Part shown: positions 1-14,941 of the stretch, in pieces
How the letters are laid out: every line of letters starts with the position of its first letter
Position numbering within the stretch: position 1 is the stretch's first letter
Assembly: GCA_012295275.1 (NCBI GenBank)
Contig: CM022678.1
Coordinates: forward strand, 1 to 64,000
Length of the DNA: 64,000 nucleotides
Reading direction: 5' to 3'
Origin: Chrysomallon squamiferum
Taxonomy: Eukaryota; Animalia; Mollusca
Translations under genes and position numbers: made by a program
The notes under the pieces: model-generated
What the model was told of the DNA's origin: nothing
Databases searched by the model: none
What the model saw: only the letters and a program-made list of their open reading frames with translations

Positions 1-1326
1 GTTAAAATAAAAGATTATATATATAATAATAAAAGCATTGTATGTCTAAAGGGAAAAATCATTTTATTTAATATTAGCTGTTTCTGGTATCATAGACAGA
101 GAAATACAGACTGTGTTTTCAGGTCAATGCAAGGTATTTCATATAAATATTGAAAACAGTTAAATAAACATAACAATTTACAAACTACAAGCAGAGTGAT
201 GAATAAAACCTGGACCCAACCTGGGACTTGCTTTGAAAACTTGTCTTGTTTCTGTACATTCTACAGCTATAATACTAAAGTATATTTTAGAATTTTGTTT
301 GAAACAATAAATAAATAAATAAATAAACAAACAAATGTGTGTTACTGTGTGTGTGTGTGTGTGTCTGATAAAAACATTTTATTTAATATTTAGAGTATCT
401 TGTATCAGAGACAGAGAAATACAAATTGATTTTTCAAGTCAGTGTAAGGTATTTGATGTAAATATTGAAAACAGTTATACTAATTTACAAACTGCAACCA
501 GAGTGAAAAGTAATTTTGAATAAAACCTAGACACAACCTCAGTCTAGTTTTGAAAATTAAACATAACATTTAAGTATATTTTAGAATTTTAACTAACAGT
601 CATGCCCTTATTGTTTTATTATAGTGAAGTATGTATACAGGTATGTGTCTTTATTTGCTTGTGTGTGTGTGTATTTCTGTATGTATGTATGTGTTAGTAA
701 TTTAAACAAATACAATATTTACTTATTTATAATTCAGTTTAATCCATCTTTAAACTTTAGGTGAGTGCATATTATTAAACATTGTACATATTTTATTTCA
801 TTTTATTATTATTATTATTAGTAGTAGTAGTAGTAGTAGTAGTAGTGACATTTTATCACAATACTATATTATATTTTTTCATATAATTTGATTTATTTAT
901 TATTATAAATAAAATAAAAGTTAAAAGAAAATACATTATTTAGAGAATTTTATAACACAGAATGGATGTACATCAATATGTTGAAATATTAGCCACAGGA
1001 AGAATTAAATGTGTATCACTAAATGCTATGAACGATAAAGAATCTGATAATCTTTGCACTAACACGTCACTAAATATTTCTATTAATATCTATCAGATTT
1101 CCTCTTCGTGTGCTTACTCGTCGTAACAGGTGTATCACTGATCATAGTTTTGTGTACGTTTAAATATTTTATTTAATCGTCTGGACTGTGTGATAAATTA
1201 TTGCATTTGGATGTGTGTGTATATCGGTGTGAGTGTAATAATATTGTTACCGGTGAAAGCAGAAAAAATAAATTATCTATCGTTATTCTTTTCGTTTTCT
1301 TTTCTTTTTGATTAATTATTGTTAGG

Positions 1327-1379
<53 letters not shown>

Positions 1380-1424
1380 TGTTTATTTATTTATTTATTT
1401 TTCTCATTTTGCCATTTTCACGAA

Positions 1425-1760
1425 GAAATGGTGTTAGAACTGAATTTCATTTAATCTTATATTAAAAGTGCTTTGATTTTGATAGTGGAATTATACTAAA
1501 GAAAACGGATATTCTCTTAGAAAAGGAGCTCTCTTTTTAAGAGGAAGTTTAATGAACACTTTGTAATGGCTGCTTCCATGTGGTAAAACTTTTTGTGAAG
1601 TACAAATCGTTATCGAACGATTATGTCAGATGATACGAGAGGAATAACTTGTCCAGAAGTTACATTAAACTGACTGAATTCGACAGAGCTGCTATGATGG
1701 GTGATGCAGTGATAATTAAAACCACAGCTCTTTGAAATAATGAAAATCGTTGGATCATCA
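1425..1760 (+). pseudogene. Decayed ankyrin-like coding segment (copies at ~45812-46150 and ~62072-62400)
   Basis: One frame reads ...TLCNGCFHVVKLFVKY...KLTEFDRAAMMGDAVIIKTTAL* with several stops. NGxxxVVKL and TxFxxAAxxGxxxII resemble ANK helices. Confidence 0.4.
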
Positions 1761-2301
1761 TCATTTATTTTATTAAATATTAAAAATAATGTTATATTTC
1801 TTTCAATTTTCAAAAGTTAAATACCAGTGTAAGTGTTCAAGAATATGGACGTAAAGCTGAAGAGGTTCGACCTTTGTGTAAGTTAATTTATTTATATTAT
1901 TTTTAATTGTGTATAAATTATTATATTAAATACATTTTTTGGTTTCCAGTTCGTAGTTGGGAATAAACTATAAAGTTTTGAAAAGTTCTCAGAAACCTGA
2001 ACTAGATTCATATACTTTTGAAATCAAATCAAGAACTACTTAAAATTGAAAAATATTTGTAAACTGTCCAGTATTTGTACTTATTTAAGTCATTAATAAA
2101 TCGTTAATTGTTTTTATTTGTTTGCATATTACTAAAAGTTTTGTTAATATACCTGTCCTTGTCCTACTATTTTCCTGGGCCGTAGACGATGCACATAAAC
2201 TATTTTTTGTTATTAATTTAAAAAACAAGATTAGCCACTGCATTAAGACTGTGAGTTTTCTCTTTCACTACTTTTGTTTCTGACAACACTGTATAATGAG
2301 T

Positions 2302-2655
2302 ACTAGTATTTGAATTTACCTGTATTGTATAATATGTATCTTTGACTTCCAGGTAAATCTTTGGCCTCCAGCCTACATGTATAACTAGTATTTGAATTTA
2401 CCTGTATTGTATAATATGTATCTTTGGCTTCCAGGTAAATCTTTGGCCTCCAGCCTACATGTATAACTAGTATTTGAATTTACCTGTATTGTATAATATG
2501 TATCTTTGACTTCCAGGTAAATCTTTGGCCTCCAGCCTACATGTATAACTAGTATTTGAATTTACCTGTATTGTATAATATGTATCTATGGCTTCCAGAT
2601 AAATCTTTGGCCTCCAGCCTACATGTATAACTAGTATTCGAATTTACCTGTATTA
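2302..2655. repeat. 82-bp minisatellite, ~4.3 copies
   Basis: Unit 'actagtatttgaatttacctgtattgtataatatgtatctttgacttccaggtaaatctttggcctccagcctacatgtata' starts at ~2302, 2384, 2466, 2548 and 2630. The paralogous copy has one unit (~52299). Confidence 0.9.
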
Positions 2656-2796
2656 TGGTCAGTGCTTGCAGGTGAATCTGTGGCTTGGCCTATGAATTTA
2701 CCTGTGTTACACAGTTTATAGGTGTGGCTTACAGGTAAAACTGTATAACCTGTTCAGCACTGTTACACCTGTACAGGTTTTGTTTTGTTCACACAG

Positions 2797-4762
2797 GTAC
2801 AGGCCACGTGAAGTGTTAAGGAAGGATGACTTCAGCATGAAGGGACAGCTGACCTGCGAGTTCATGTTTGCAACGTTTTCCTGCAGACAACGTCGACAAC
2901 ACCAGCAAGACAGCGAGGAGAAAGACTATTCACTTCAAATCCTGGAAGCTCTTGAACCAGCTGTCTGTCTGGTGAGTCTGTATGTGTGTCTGTCTGGTGA
3001 GTTTGTATGTGTGTCTGTCTGGTGAGTTTGTATGTGTGTCTGTCTGGTGAGTTTGTATGTCTCTATCTGTCAGTCTGTCTATTTGTTATAATTTATAAAC
3101 TAATATATAATTTAACTTTAATCATTAAAACACTATTGTACAATAATCTGAAAAATAATGATGGCAGAAACTTAAAATAAAATAAATTCATTGTTTTGTT
3201 AAACACTTTACTTTATGAATTTTCTTTTTTGGCTGAGAAAAACTGATGCATTTTTTATTATTTGTGTCTACACCAAAAAAAAACCTAAAAATACAAGCCT
3301 AAATGATTTCCTGTGCTTCAAAGTAGTTGTATTACAGGTTTGTTGTTAAATTGTTGATTTCTTACTAACAAAGTAACAAGAATTCAGAATATCTTTTCTA
3401 TAATTTCAAATGATTATTATGTTTTTCCATAAAATGTAGTTAAGTTAATACATACAAGTATTCAGAATATATTTTGTATAATTTCAGATGACTGTTATGT
3501 TTTTGCATGAAATCTTGGTAAGTTAGTACTAACAATACACTGAAACAAGATTATATATATCTCTCAATCTTGCCTTTTATTTTTTATTTAATGTTAAATT
3601 TATTTTATTATCCAAAGTGAATATTCGAACATCCTTTCCTTCATATATTAGTTCTAAACTATTAAATAAATGAATACATTTTTTCTAATATATTTTGAAT
3701 TTTTTCCCTTAAATGATAGTTTCAAAATAAATTATTATATTTTCATTTTTAGACAGAGAAAACACTCTGTTTCTGTTAAAACCAATTTATTCTTTATTTA
3801 CAGATTGTCCAGTGAGATGACTGGTGGGCATGGTAACAGTAACAAGTAAAACAAAAACCTGTCAATCAAAATCTTTGACATGGGAGGTAGAAGGAAAAGC
3901 TCATCTGTTGACCCAGGTCAGTCCACTGCAGAGCTTGAAGTAGTGAGTAGTGAAGTAGTATCCAAGAAACCAGTGTGTAATTAAGTAGCATGAAAGCAGT
4001 ATTCACTGAAGTAGTATGAAAGTAAAGTATAGTGAAATTGTTTGGAAATAGTGAAGTAGTATTAAAGTAGTGTATAGCTAAATAGCAAGAAACTTAGCGA
4101 AGTAGTACGAAAAGTGTGTAGTCAAGATGTATGAAATTAGTTTAAATTGCTGTAGTATGGAAGTAGTGTATAGTGAAGTAGTATGGAACTAGTGCATAGT
4201 GAAGTAGTATGCAAGTAGTGTATAGTGAAGTAGTATCAAATTCTCTCCGTATGTCTGTCTCTCTCATTCATGTCTCCCTTTGTATTATTAAAATAAAATT
4301 AATTCATCAGAAGTAAATAAACATATTATTAGGTAAGTAAATAAATAAATAAATAAATTAGTAGGTAAGTAAAAAAATAAATAAATAAGTAAATAAATTA
4401 GTAGGTAAGTAAATAAATAAATAAATTAGTAAGTAAATTAGTAGGTAAGTAAGTAAATAAATAAATAAATTAGTAGGTAAGTAAATAAATAAATAAATAC
4501 TGTTAATTATTTCAGCGACCAGTTTGAAGAAGATGTCAGTGATGTCATCCTGGACATTTCTACATTTCTGCTTTCCGTGACTAAAATTGACAATTCTGAC
4601 CTCAGCCAGGTCAAGGCCACGGCAACAAGGTTAAACCTGAAAACCAGAAGACCAAGTTTCGCTTTCATATTCATGAATGTAGCAAAAGCTAAAAATGATA
4701 AATTATCTCCGGAAGAAAAAGAAGAAATAAACCATGCTTTGGAATGGATAAAAAACTAACTG
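2797..4762 (+). pseudogene. Decayed multi-exon gene of unknown product (putative exons 2797-2971, 3804-3916, 4516-4762)
   Basis: Canonical acceptors and donors (acacag|..ctg|gtgagt; tacag|..ccag|gtcagt; ttcag|..ctg|gtatgt) flank coding-like sequence (YRPREVLRKDDFSMKGQLTCEF; NLSIKIFDMGG; DQFEEDVSDVILDISTFLLSVTKIDNSDLSQVKATATRLNL...). It has internal stops and inconsistent exon phases. Confidence 0.45.
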
Positions 4763-5139
4763 GTATGTGAGACCACTGTTCCACTACTACTACTACTACC
4801 ATAGTAATAATAATAGTAATATTATTATCAGTATGACTTCATTATTGAGAGTTCAGTTACTGTTACTACTATCATTACAGTGTTTACTACCACTGCTATA
4901 CTATCACATCTACTATTATTATTATTATTACTTGAACATCCATACTGCTACTACTACTACTACTACTACTATTACTACTACTGTTACTAAATCAGTTCGG
5001 CAAGTTTTGATATGAAAAAGATATGTTTATGAATTTAGTTTCAGTGATAATTTTCTTTTAGTTTATTTTATCAAATCACTTACATGTATGCTTTGACAGT
5101 AGTTTGTTTTGTGGTGTATGAATAACCTCCCTTTATCTG

Positions 5140-5175
<36 letters not shown>

Positions 5176-5372
5176 TATTAATGTTATTATTATTATTTGT
5201 TTATTGAATGGATAATCTCCTTTTAATTTTATTTTTATTTACTATTACTACGACTACTACTACAGTTGTTATCATTATTATTGTTATTATTCCTTTGTTG
5301 TATTAACGATAATCTCCCTTTAATAATCATCAGATAGTAATCATGACAAGAAATGTAGTAGTAGTAGTAGTA

Positions 5373-5409
<37 letters not shown>

Positions 5410-5667
5410 GATCATCAAGATGAATGTTTTGCTGTGTATTAATAAACAAATAAACAAACAACAACAATAATAATAATAATAATAAAATCAGCAAGATGTA
5501 CGTGTCTATGTAAATAAATAAATGAGTCTGTAAACAAAGTCAAATGTTTTGATCAATGATATTTTTATTACAAATAATTATGGACAAAATACAATGAGTA
5601 TCACGATTAAATTAGAACTTTTCACAACACATTTAACCATATTTTCTCAACACACACACACATATAT

Positions 5668-5719
<52 letters not shown>

Positions 5720-6194
5720 ATTACTATTATTTAATAAAAACGTTTTATATAAGTAAATAATCAATATTTTACTTGTTTAATTAACTACATATTTTTTAAA
5801 TCAGTTTTTAAATTGATATCTTAACAACATTGCAATCTCAAACATATAAAGGGCTATTTTAACAAAGAACAGCAAAATAAGTTTATATTGCTGTATTCGT
5901 TTTACAACACAGGATAAACACTTCATCAGTAATTAAATAATTACATCATCATCAAACAATAATAATAACATCTACAAATTAATTGATAAATAAATTATAT
6001 TAAAAATTGAGAAGGAAGAAGAAAATAAAGAAAGTATGCAAAAAGAAAAGATAAAAGAAGATAATTAAATAGTGTGAATATACATATGTAAGTCTGTGAG
6101 TGTGTCTGTTTGTGACACCACTGTTAGGTTACTGAAGTTTTTGATTAGAAACTTTGTATGAAATTTACTTGTATTTCTCTCACTTTCCTAGCTG

Positions 6195-6274
<80 letters not shown>
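6195..6274. repeat. (TC)n microsatellite; representative of many (TC)n, (TTA)n, (TA)n, (TG)n and (TCTA)n tracts
   Basis: Seen directly; similar tracts at ~7056-7140, 10290-10378, 44625-44690 and 57280-57326. Confidence 0.95.
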
Positions 6275-6277
<3 letters not shown>

Positions 6278-7083
6278 CAGTGGACCACACATTAAGAAAA
6301 AGTTGATATATTGTGACTGTTCTATTATCATATTAAATCATGGTATTTTCTGCTAACCGGTGTAAATGATGTCTGTATAAAAACAATATTAACTCTTTTG
6401 TCTGTAGAAGAAATACAGCAACAACATTATAAAAGACTGAAAGAGTGATGATTAGAAAGGAGATGATGAAATCTTGTAAGTTTAATATTTTATCTTTTCC
6501 CACCAAGAATTTCAGTTAATTGACAGGTTTTTATCTAACTGCTACAGTTAAACCTTTTGGCCAGAAAACTGAAGTAACTAGATAACAATAAAATTAAACT
6601 AACTAGATACCGAGAAAATAAAAATATGTAGATAACATTAAATAACAATAGCTAAACGGCGAGAAATACAAAATAAGAATTTTGAAAGAAAACAACAAAG
6701 AAGCCCGCACTTATAAGTGTACAAACATTTACAGTGCCGCACTAGAACGTCGAAAAAACTAGATATCAAGAAAATCAAACTGATTAGACAGTGTCAAAAT
6801 AAGTAGATACGAGGAAATAAAAGTATCTAGATAAATTTAAATAACAAAAGCTAAACAGCGAGAAGATCAAAATAACTAGTAAGTCCATGTGTACTGTTTT
6901 AGTACAGGATCATCTAATTTATATACATCTGTGTAGGATTGCGAGTTGACTAAGAAGAAAAAATACAATAACAAATGTGTGAAACTATATTCGTCAGAAG
7001 AAGTTTAAAACTACAACGACATTTAGATTCTTCACACAACTTTCACTGCTGTTTCTATCTATCTATCTATCTATTTCTGTCTG

Positions 7084-7134
<51 letters not shown>

Positions 7135-7272
7135 ATCTATCTTTAATTACCTGCCTTCATTTTGTTTAAAAAAAAAAAAAAAAAAATTCCTCTCTACATT
7201 GTCTTCATAAAATTTTATTTTATTTTTGATTTTATTTTTTTTTATATTTCATTACCTTATTTGTTTTTCTCA

Positions 7273-7323
<51 letters not shown>

Positions 7324-8238
7324 GTTGTTGTTGTTGTTGTTGTTCTTGCTGGTATTTTTTTAGTTTTTTGTTTTTTGTTTAATAGCTCTAATATACTTAG
7401 ATAACATGTTACTCGAGTTCACGGTTGAATTGTAAACAAAGAGAATTTGAAACCTGTGTAGTTACGCTCTTTGTTAGAGAATAGAAAAATGTCGTTATAC
7501 GGCTACTGTAGATAATATGGCTAATACTGCCTAATTTTGTCAGATTTCAAACTTTAATGTTAAGCTACACATCATTACTGTGGTGGTTGTTGTGAAATCG
7601 AATTAAATATTTGTATATACAATAATAATGATGATGATGATGATTATATTAAGGGAGGTGTTAGGCCTCCGCGGAAGCTCCTGAATTTCTTTGATCAAGA
7701 CAGCGAAAATAATACCCGAAATGAAATACTTGCCGTTGACTTAACGTTATTTATAGACAATTGTAATTTGAGAAAAGAATTATTAAGAAGAAGATGAAAA
7801 ATATGAAGAAATGAATGTTAATGTGAATGGTTTAAAATATAATTTATCAGAGTTTATTTTCTGTATGATTGCAGTGTCTTGTTTTATATAGAGTAAAATA
7901 AATGTATAACAGTAGAGGTTAAGAAAGAAAGAACTGCAAAGCAGGAGAATGACGTTCGTGTGTCTGACATTGCTTTGGTTTACGAACCGAGTTCTGGAAC
8001 GAATTAAAGCATCGAATTTCTCATTACTTATTTAATTACTTACACATTTCTTAAACAAGAGAGAAGTAAATAAGTTTAAGTTATTAATTCGATATTCTGG
8101 GGAACTTTGTAAAGCACGATATTACAGTTTAGTACACGTAGTTGCCTCATAATCTTTCCGTCTCTTTCTTACCCTGCATGCAAAACCAGTTTTAACACGT
8201 TTGTAAAAGTCGTAACGATCTAGCGGTATTCAAATAAA

Positions 8239-8585
8239 TGTGACCTTAAAGATAACAACAAACTGTGTGGGTCCTAAAAGTTCTTTATTAAAATTTGAAG
8301 CCAAACATCTGAAGTAATCTAGAAGAGAAATCACGCAATGTTGTCTGTGCAGGTGGTGTCACATTACTGATAGTATTGGAAGATCACCGATTGAGTTAAA
8401 TACATGGTTGACCTGAACTGTGACCTTAAAGAGAAAAACACACTGTGTGGGTCCTAAAAGTTTTTTATTAAAACTTGAAGCGAAACATCTGACGTCAGCT
8501 GGAAGAGAAATAACGCAATGTCGCCTGTGCACATGGTGTCACATGAGTGACTGTATTGAAATATCACCGATTGAGATAAATACAG
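8239..8585. repeat. 180-bp diverged tandem duplication
   Basis: 'tgtgaccttaaaga...ctgtgtgggtcctaaaagtt...tcaccgattgag..aaataca' occurs at ~8239-8405 and ~8419-8585. Confidence 0.85.
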
Positions 8586-9202
8586 GTACCCAGTCTTTTT
8601 TCCAGTCGTCAGTGTCCATAGTCAGAGGTCAGATGTGTTATGTACACAATGTAAAACGTTTATTAAAACCAATACAAACAACTAACGTGGTTACAGAACG
8701 AACTGTACTTTGATGTACATTGTCAAAACGACGAGAGATTTGTGTATTAACCCTGTAACTATTATTCATCCTGTATGTAGAAATAAAAGACTTAAATAAA
8801 TAAATAAATAAGTATACAACAATAATTAAAATACAGTAACGTTATTATTATTATTATTATTATTATTATTTTATCTATCTATCTAATTTTTTTTTTTCTT
8901 CTTTTCTTTTCTCTTTTTTTCTTTCTAGACGAATGTTATTGTTATTATTATTTGAGGTATTCATTTATTTTTTTTATTACGTTTATGACAGATAACTACA
9001 TATATTTATATGTAGATGTTTTATATATTTTTTGATCGATTTGCATATTTGGGTTCCTCTTTGATCAGTCTGTTAAAAAAGAAAACAAAAAATCACAAAT
9101 CAATATTATTTCTGTCCACGTCTCCGCCAGCAAAAGCCCAGAATCAACAACACCACCGTAACAACAACAAAAACAGTAAATTAATACATCAATAAATAAA
9201 AC

Positions 9203-9237
<35 letters not shown>

Positions 9238-9646
9238 TCTTGTGTTGTGTTACAGAAGAAAAGTTAACTTTTTATACACACGTACGTATCTGTGTATGTA
9301 TGTATGTGTGTACCTGTACGTGTGTATGTATGCATATATGTATGTATGTATATATGCATGTATGTATCTCTAGATGTCTGTAACTTTTCACGTTCATTTA
9401 ACTTCAAGAAACTCATTTTATTTTTACTTTCATATTATTTTATTTCACTCATAATTTTATTTTTGATCTGATTTTATTATTTAATTTGCTTGTTTCATTC
9501 ATTTTATTATCATTGTTATTTTTCGTAATATTATAATCACTGTTCTTGTTGTTGTTGTTCTTATTACTATTATTATTCTCTTAGTATTACTATTTCTACT
9601 ACTACTACTACTGCTGTTTCTGCTGCTACTACTACTACTGTTATTA

Positions 9647-9697
<51 letters not shown>

Positions 9698-9971
9698 TTT
9701 TAGTGTGTGTAGTATATATACGGGTACTGAGATCGCATGTTAATCGTGTTCGCAGTTGAGTTGTTAACAAGGAAAATTTGAAACCTGTGTAGGTAGACTC
9801 ATTGTTAAAGAATAGAAAAATGTAGTTATAAGGTTATTGAAGATAATATGACTAATACTGTCTAGTTTTGTTTGTGAAACAGTACGTCAGATTCTAAACT
9901 TTAATGTCAAACTACACTTCATTATTGCGGTTGTTGTTGTTGTTTAATCGAATTATGTCTTTGTATATACG

Positions 9972-10013
<42 letters not shown>

Positions 10014-10286
10014 GTTAATAAGTAAATAAATAAATACATAAATAAATAAAATAACAAATGTGTGAAACTAAATTAATCAGAACAATTTTAAAACTACAAC
10101 GACATTTACATTCTTCACACATCTTTCATTGCTGTTTCTAACTGTGGAACTTGGCTGGTAAAGAATCTTTTAAATTACATGGAATAATTTATATTTTTTG
10201 TTCAGTCTGTTGTTGTAAAGTCTGTTTCTAAACAGATCAGCCAAATCTTCTCTTAACTGACATCGAAGTAAGTTTGACATTTTATG

Positions 10287-10383
<97 letters not shown>

Positions 10384-11035
10384 GTATCTTCATTTTCTTT
10401 CAAGACACTCCTTTTATTATTTACTTTGTCTTCATATAATTTGATTTCACTCAGTATTTTTTTCAATTCCTTACTTTTTCATTTTAATATTATTATTATT
10501 ATAGTTGTAATTATGATTATGATTATTGTTATAATAATAATAATTATTATTATTATTATTATTATTATTATGTTGTTGTTGTTGTTGTTATTATTGATGT
10601 TGTTGCTGTTGTTGCTGGGGGTTTTTGTGGGTATTTTTTGTGTTTATTAGCTCTACAGATACTTAGGTCGCATGTTAATTGTGTTCACTATTATTATTGT
10701 TATCATTATCATCATCATTATATTTTTTACTGTTTATTGATTAATTTTAAGTCAGTTATTTATTTTCTTTCTTGCTTTAGTGGACTGTTTCATTTTCCAA
10801 AATAGAGCATGGCAAACATATATGTACAAACACTCAGACATACATATACATTCGCAAATATAAGTATACACACTGCAGAAAACATACATCTATAAAACAG
10901 ACGTGAAGGTCGACTTCCAATAACAGCCACTTACCCATAGACAGACGGATAATATATATATTAAATTATACAAACGTCTGAGTGCGAGAAACTTGTTATT
11001 TTATTTATTTAGTTTTGTTTGTTTTTGTTTTATTA

Positions 11036-11114
<79 letters not shown>

Positions 11115-11159
11115 CCTTAAAAGTAGTAACAGTTTTATCAATTGGTTACGTAAATTTTC

Positions 11160-12480
11160 CATTCATGACAGAATTTTAAATCCCCTGATGTCGCTACTGT
11201 ATAATAGAACTGGTGAAACCATGTAGTGAAATAATTTTAATTGACATTGGATGGACATAATGTTGCATCTTCTCTGCCGTAGAATGAAATACATAGTTTT
11301 CTGTATTTGTCTGTGTAACATGTTTCTTGATTTAGTAAATCTATTTAACTTGTGCATTAAAAATCAAAAACATTTATAGATTTTTAGATATCTTGGTAAT
11401 TATCTGCACGAAGTACAAAGCAAATTGAAAAAAACAACAGAAAAAAAACAACAACATTTCATGCATATATTAAGGAATCACTGAACAATTTATCTTTGTT
11501 TATTTCATGGCATTCAGCGATTTTAAATATGCATTCTGTGTCATTAAGATACAAGGAGAACAGTAAAGGAGATCAATGTTCACTAGCAGGGGAAATAGTC
11601 CGTTAATGAGTTATGTGCACCGACACAAGATTTAATATTTCGATACATGTATATTACCAGCACACATTTACCATTTACACCATTGCTTATAAATTTTCAC
11701 CACTTTGAATGAAACGATTGCTGAAATCTATAAACGTACCAAAACAGTTTTTTCTTCCGTGCTTTCATCAGTTCGATTACACCGTATAGTGTAAAAATCA
11801 GGTCATTTGTGCAATAATCCTTCCTAATCCTGCTTGAACGTCAGTATATCATTTTTTCAAGAAACAACTTTAGTCTATTATTTAACACAGTGTTAAAGAG
11901 TTGCCGAAGACAGTTAAGTAATGTAATAAATCTATACTTTTCTGGATTATTTTTATCACCAATTTCATAAATTGAGTAAGGGGAGATATCAGTTTCAAAC
12001 ACAAAATATAAAAGTTTCACATATTCATATATCAACAGTTTGCTTAATATATTCATTAATTATATTGCCTTGACCCAAAGTTTTGACGTTCTTGATAAAT
12101 TTAACAACTGTAAGTATTTTACATTCTAAAATAGTATATTTAGTAAACTGTTATTTTCTAAATCTGTGGTAAATTTTTGTTATGGAGGCTGTCATTACTG
12201 AGGTTTACGTCAGGAAAGTATTGGTGTAGTGATTCTTAAGGTTCAAAATCAAGAACTTCAAATTTTAAGATTTTCTCTAATACACGTAGCGAGCGAAGTA
12301 GTTTATATATATATATATTTGGTCTACAAATATCCTGATCTTTTTCTTTGACAAATTCCGAAATTCAGCACGTTGTTGGGCTCGTTTGTAAAATTAAATA
12401 ATTCCTCTAAACATTCTATCATGTTATTTGTTTCAGTTGTCACACATTAGATAATCAGGGAGTCTCTGTGTGCTGGCGTT
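11160..12480 (-). mobile_element. Degenerate non-LTR retrotransposon (CR1/L2-group LINE) ORF2 reverse-transcriptase fragment
   Basis: Minus-strand peptides PEKYRFITLLNCLRQLFNTVLNNRLKLFLE, QAG, KKKLF and KTMYFIL..QLKLFHYMVSPVLLYSSDIRG match LINE RT motifs (YRPITLL; PILLYGxEIWG). Frameshifted. Confidence 0.85.
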
Positions 12481-12756
12481 ATATTCTGTAGATATGTTAT
12501 TAAATTTGTTTTACGGCATATCAAAAGTATCACTGTTAAAATAGGGACACCCTTTAGTTGGTATATAACCCAGTAAACATGAGCCATAATACATATTCAG
12601 ATGTGTTTTGATATAAACTTGTACTTTTGCAGGAAAATTACTCTTAATATTAATAATAATAATAATAATAATATTAATAATAACAATAATAATAATAATA
12701 ATAATATAAGTATCTGTGTAACAACACGTCCATCACATCTGTCACGTTCTACACTT

Positions 12757-12890
12757 ACAGTAACACACTTTAATTACAGTAACACACTTTAATTACAGTA
12801 ACACGCTTTAATTACAGTAACACGCTTTAATTACAGTAACACACTTTAATTACAGTAACACACTTTAATTACAGTAACACACTTTAATTA
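12757..12890. repeat. 19-bp minisatellite (acagtaacacactttaatt) x7
   Basis: Seen directly. Confidence 0.9.
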
Positions 12891-13033
12891 CCAACTGAAC
12901 TGAACTTTACTTACAGTCAGGCCGCAGTCTGAGGATTTCATACAAAATTTAATAACAATTATAACAAGTATGACAAGATGGTAGATTTACAATAATGTAC
13001 ATAATAATAAATTATAAACAATATATCAATATT

Positions 13034-13340
13034 TCAGCCAAAGGATTTGAAAAAATTCAGGATTAGATTACAGAGAGTAGAAAGTTTTGTAAGGACGCCC
13101 GCTTTTTGAGAATTAAATAATATATAAAACTTATGAGTGCTTAATTTAGATTGACAGAAAAATGGTAGGTAACATTTCTTTTGATTCTTGATAAACATAC
13201 GTGTAAATATATAATGAAACTCTTCTCCGATGATATAGTTATTACACAACAGCCATATTCTATTTTCGATTGGTATATTTCTCCATCTTTCCGTTTCAAC
13301 AGGAACATTATAACATAAAGAAAATACATTAAACACTCGC
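13034..13340 (-). mobile_element. 3' fragment of LINE ORF2 (degenerate C-terminal zinc-knuckle region)
   Basis: VPVETERWRNIPIENRIWLLCNNYIIGEEFHYIF resembles the typical ORF2 tail LPIETGRW..IP.E.R.C..C....GDEFH...C. Confidence 0.8.
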
Positions 13341-14901
13341 TAAGTCAGACGTACATTAAAACGGGTACTACAAATATTGAACAACGTACGTTAAAACTAT
13401 CACGGGCGTAATCAAAACAACCACGAAGAAAATCTTCATTAGCCGTGAGTTTAGCCTTGAATTTATAAAATTCCTGTTTATTAATTGAAATTGTGAACAG
13501 GAAAAGGAAATATAAATAATTCCGTTGTGGAAAGTTTCATGGCATGTCTCTTCTAATTATCACTCGTTCACTGTTTGAGAGTTTGTGGTTTGTGTGCTGT
13601 ATGGTAGGTTACAAAGAAAACGTTTTTTTTTTGTTTGTTTTTTTAATTTTTAAAACAGGTATTGTGCGAAGAAATAAATTATTATTATTATTATCGTTTT
13701 ATTTCTCTCATTTGTTTTCTCGTTCTGTATGTCTGTTTCCCTCTCCCACACTGGAGTGTGTGTGTGTGTGTGTGTGTTTTCTAATTTGTATATAGAAATA
13801 AACGGGTGATCTAGAATGAAGATTAATTATGTCTGTTTGTCGTATGACGTACTGAGATTACAGAACAAAAATGTAAACAGGGCATAAGAAAGGTTGACAA
13901 ATAAAACCTGTAGAATAACGTAAAATAAAATAAACTAAAATGTGAAAAGAAATTAAAAACTAAATTATCAATGTCTGCCCTTTCTTGCTGAATGTACAAC
14001 ATGTTGTAACATAAAAAACGTGTGTGTGTGTGTGTGTGTGGTTATACACACATATAGATATTATTAAGGTCATGCTCTTAGCCATGATATAACATAGTAA
14101 ATATAAAATAACTGACATTCAGTGCCTAGCTTCAATAATGATCTTATTTACTGGAATTAAATAAGTAAATAAAACAGGATAAGAACAAAGAAAAAATAGA
14201 GGAGAAAAGTACGTATATCAGAATGTCAATTAGTTAACGCTGGCTAAAAATAAGAAAGAAAAAATACAGAGTAGTGAATAATTAGTATGTATTATGGAAG
14301 ATTATGTTTTTGTTCGTTTCGTTTCTTTTATAAAATATGAACTGTATTTTTTGTTTTCTGGAATATTCCTGAGGAATGAGTACATGCATTTTCAGATTTA
14401 TTGACTTTTGTATATTTAGAAACGTTTGTACACAACTGAAGTAATCGCTTTATCATCCAACAAAGAAGTCTTTGATTTTAAAGCTCTCGATCTTGAGCAG
14501 AAAGGAGATATTACAATTTATTATTGTTGTTTTTAATTTGCTTGAGATTTCTTGTTTTTACTTCATTACAATTTAAAGACATCTACACGTATCGACAGAC
14601 AGTTTATTTGGTAGCAGATTTGTATTTAAGTGTAACTCACTTAGACATTTTATTTCCCGCGATACTTGAGATTCCTCGAAGCGACATAAAATAAACTATC
14701 CTACATTCCGAAACCTTTCAATACGAGATTTTTTATATGCATCCAGTGTCGTTTTCAGTAATAATTAATATCAAGCCTCACGTTAGCTGCGAAATATAAA
14801 AGAATGAATAAAGAAAGCGGGAAACAGAAACAACTTGAATTTATCTGTCACTAATAGATAACAGGAATATTAAATCCTTTTTTGATTGTTTATTCATTTT
14901 G

Positions 14902-14941
<40 letters not shown>

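Larger units (their letters stand above)
1..3122. repeat. Segmental duplication copy 1 (partial); homologous to 44869-46150 + 51774-53030 and to ~61000-64000
   Basis: Long near-identical stretches in all three places, e.g. 'gaaatggtgttagaactg...gaaaatcgttgg' at ~1425, ~45812 and ~62072, and 'ccacgtgaagtg...cagcaagacag' at ~2804, ~52753 and ~63880. Confidence 0.95.

Noticed and set aside
1826-2060. Small exon-like pieces with a vague death-domain-like pattern (FRSW..TI...KVLRNLN.I)
   Set aside because: Multiple stops, and the similarity is too weak to call by eye.
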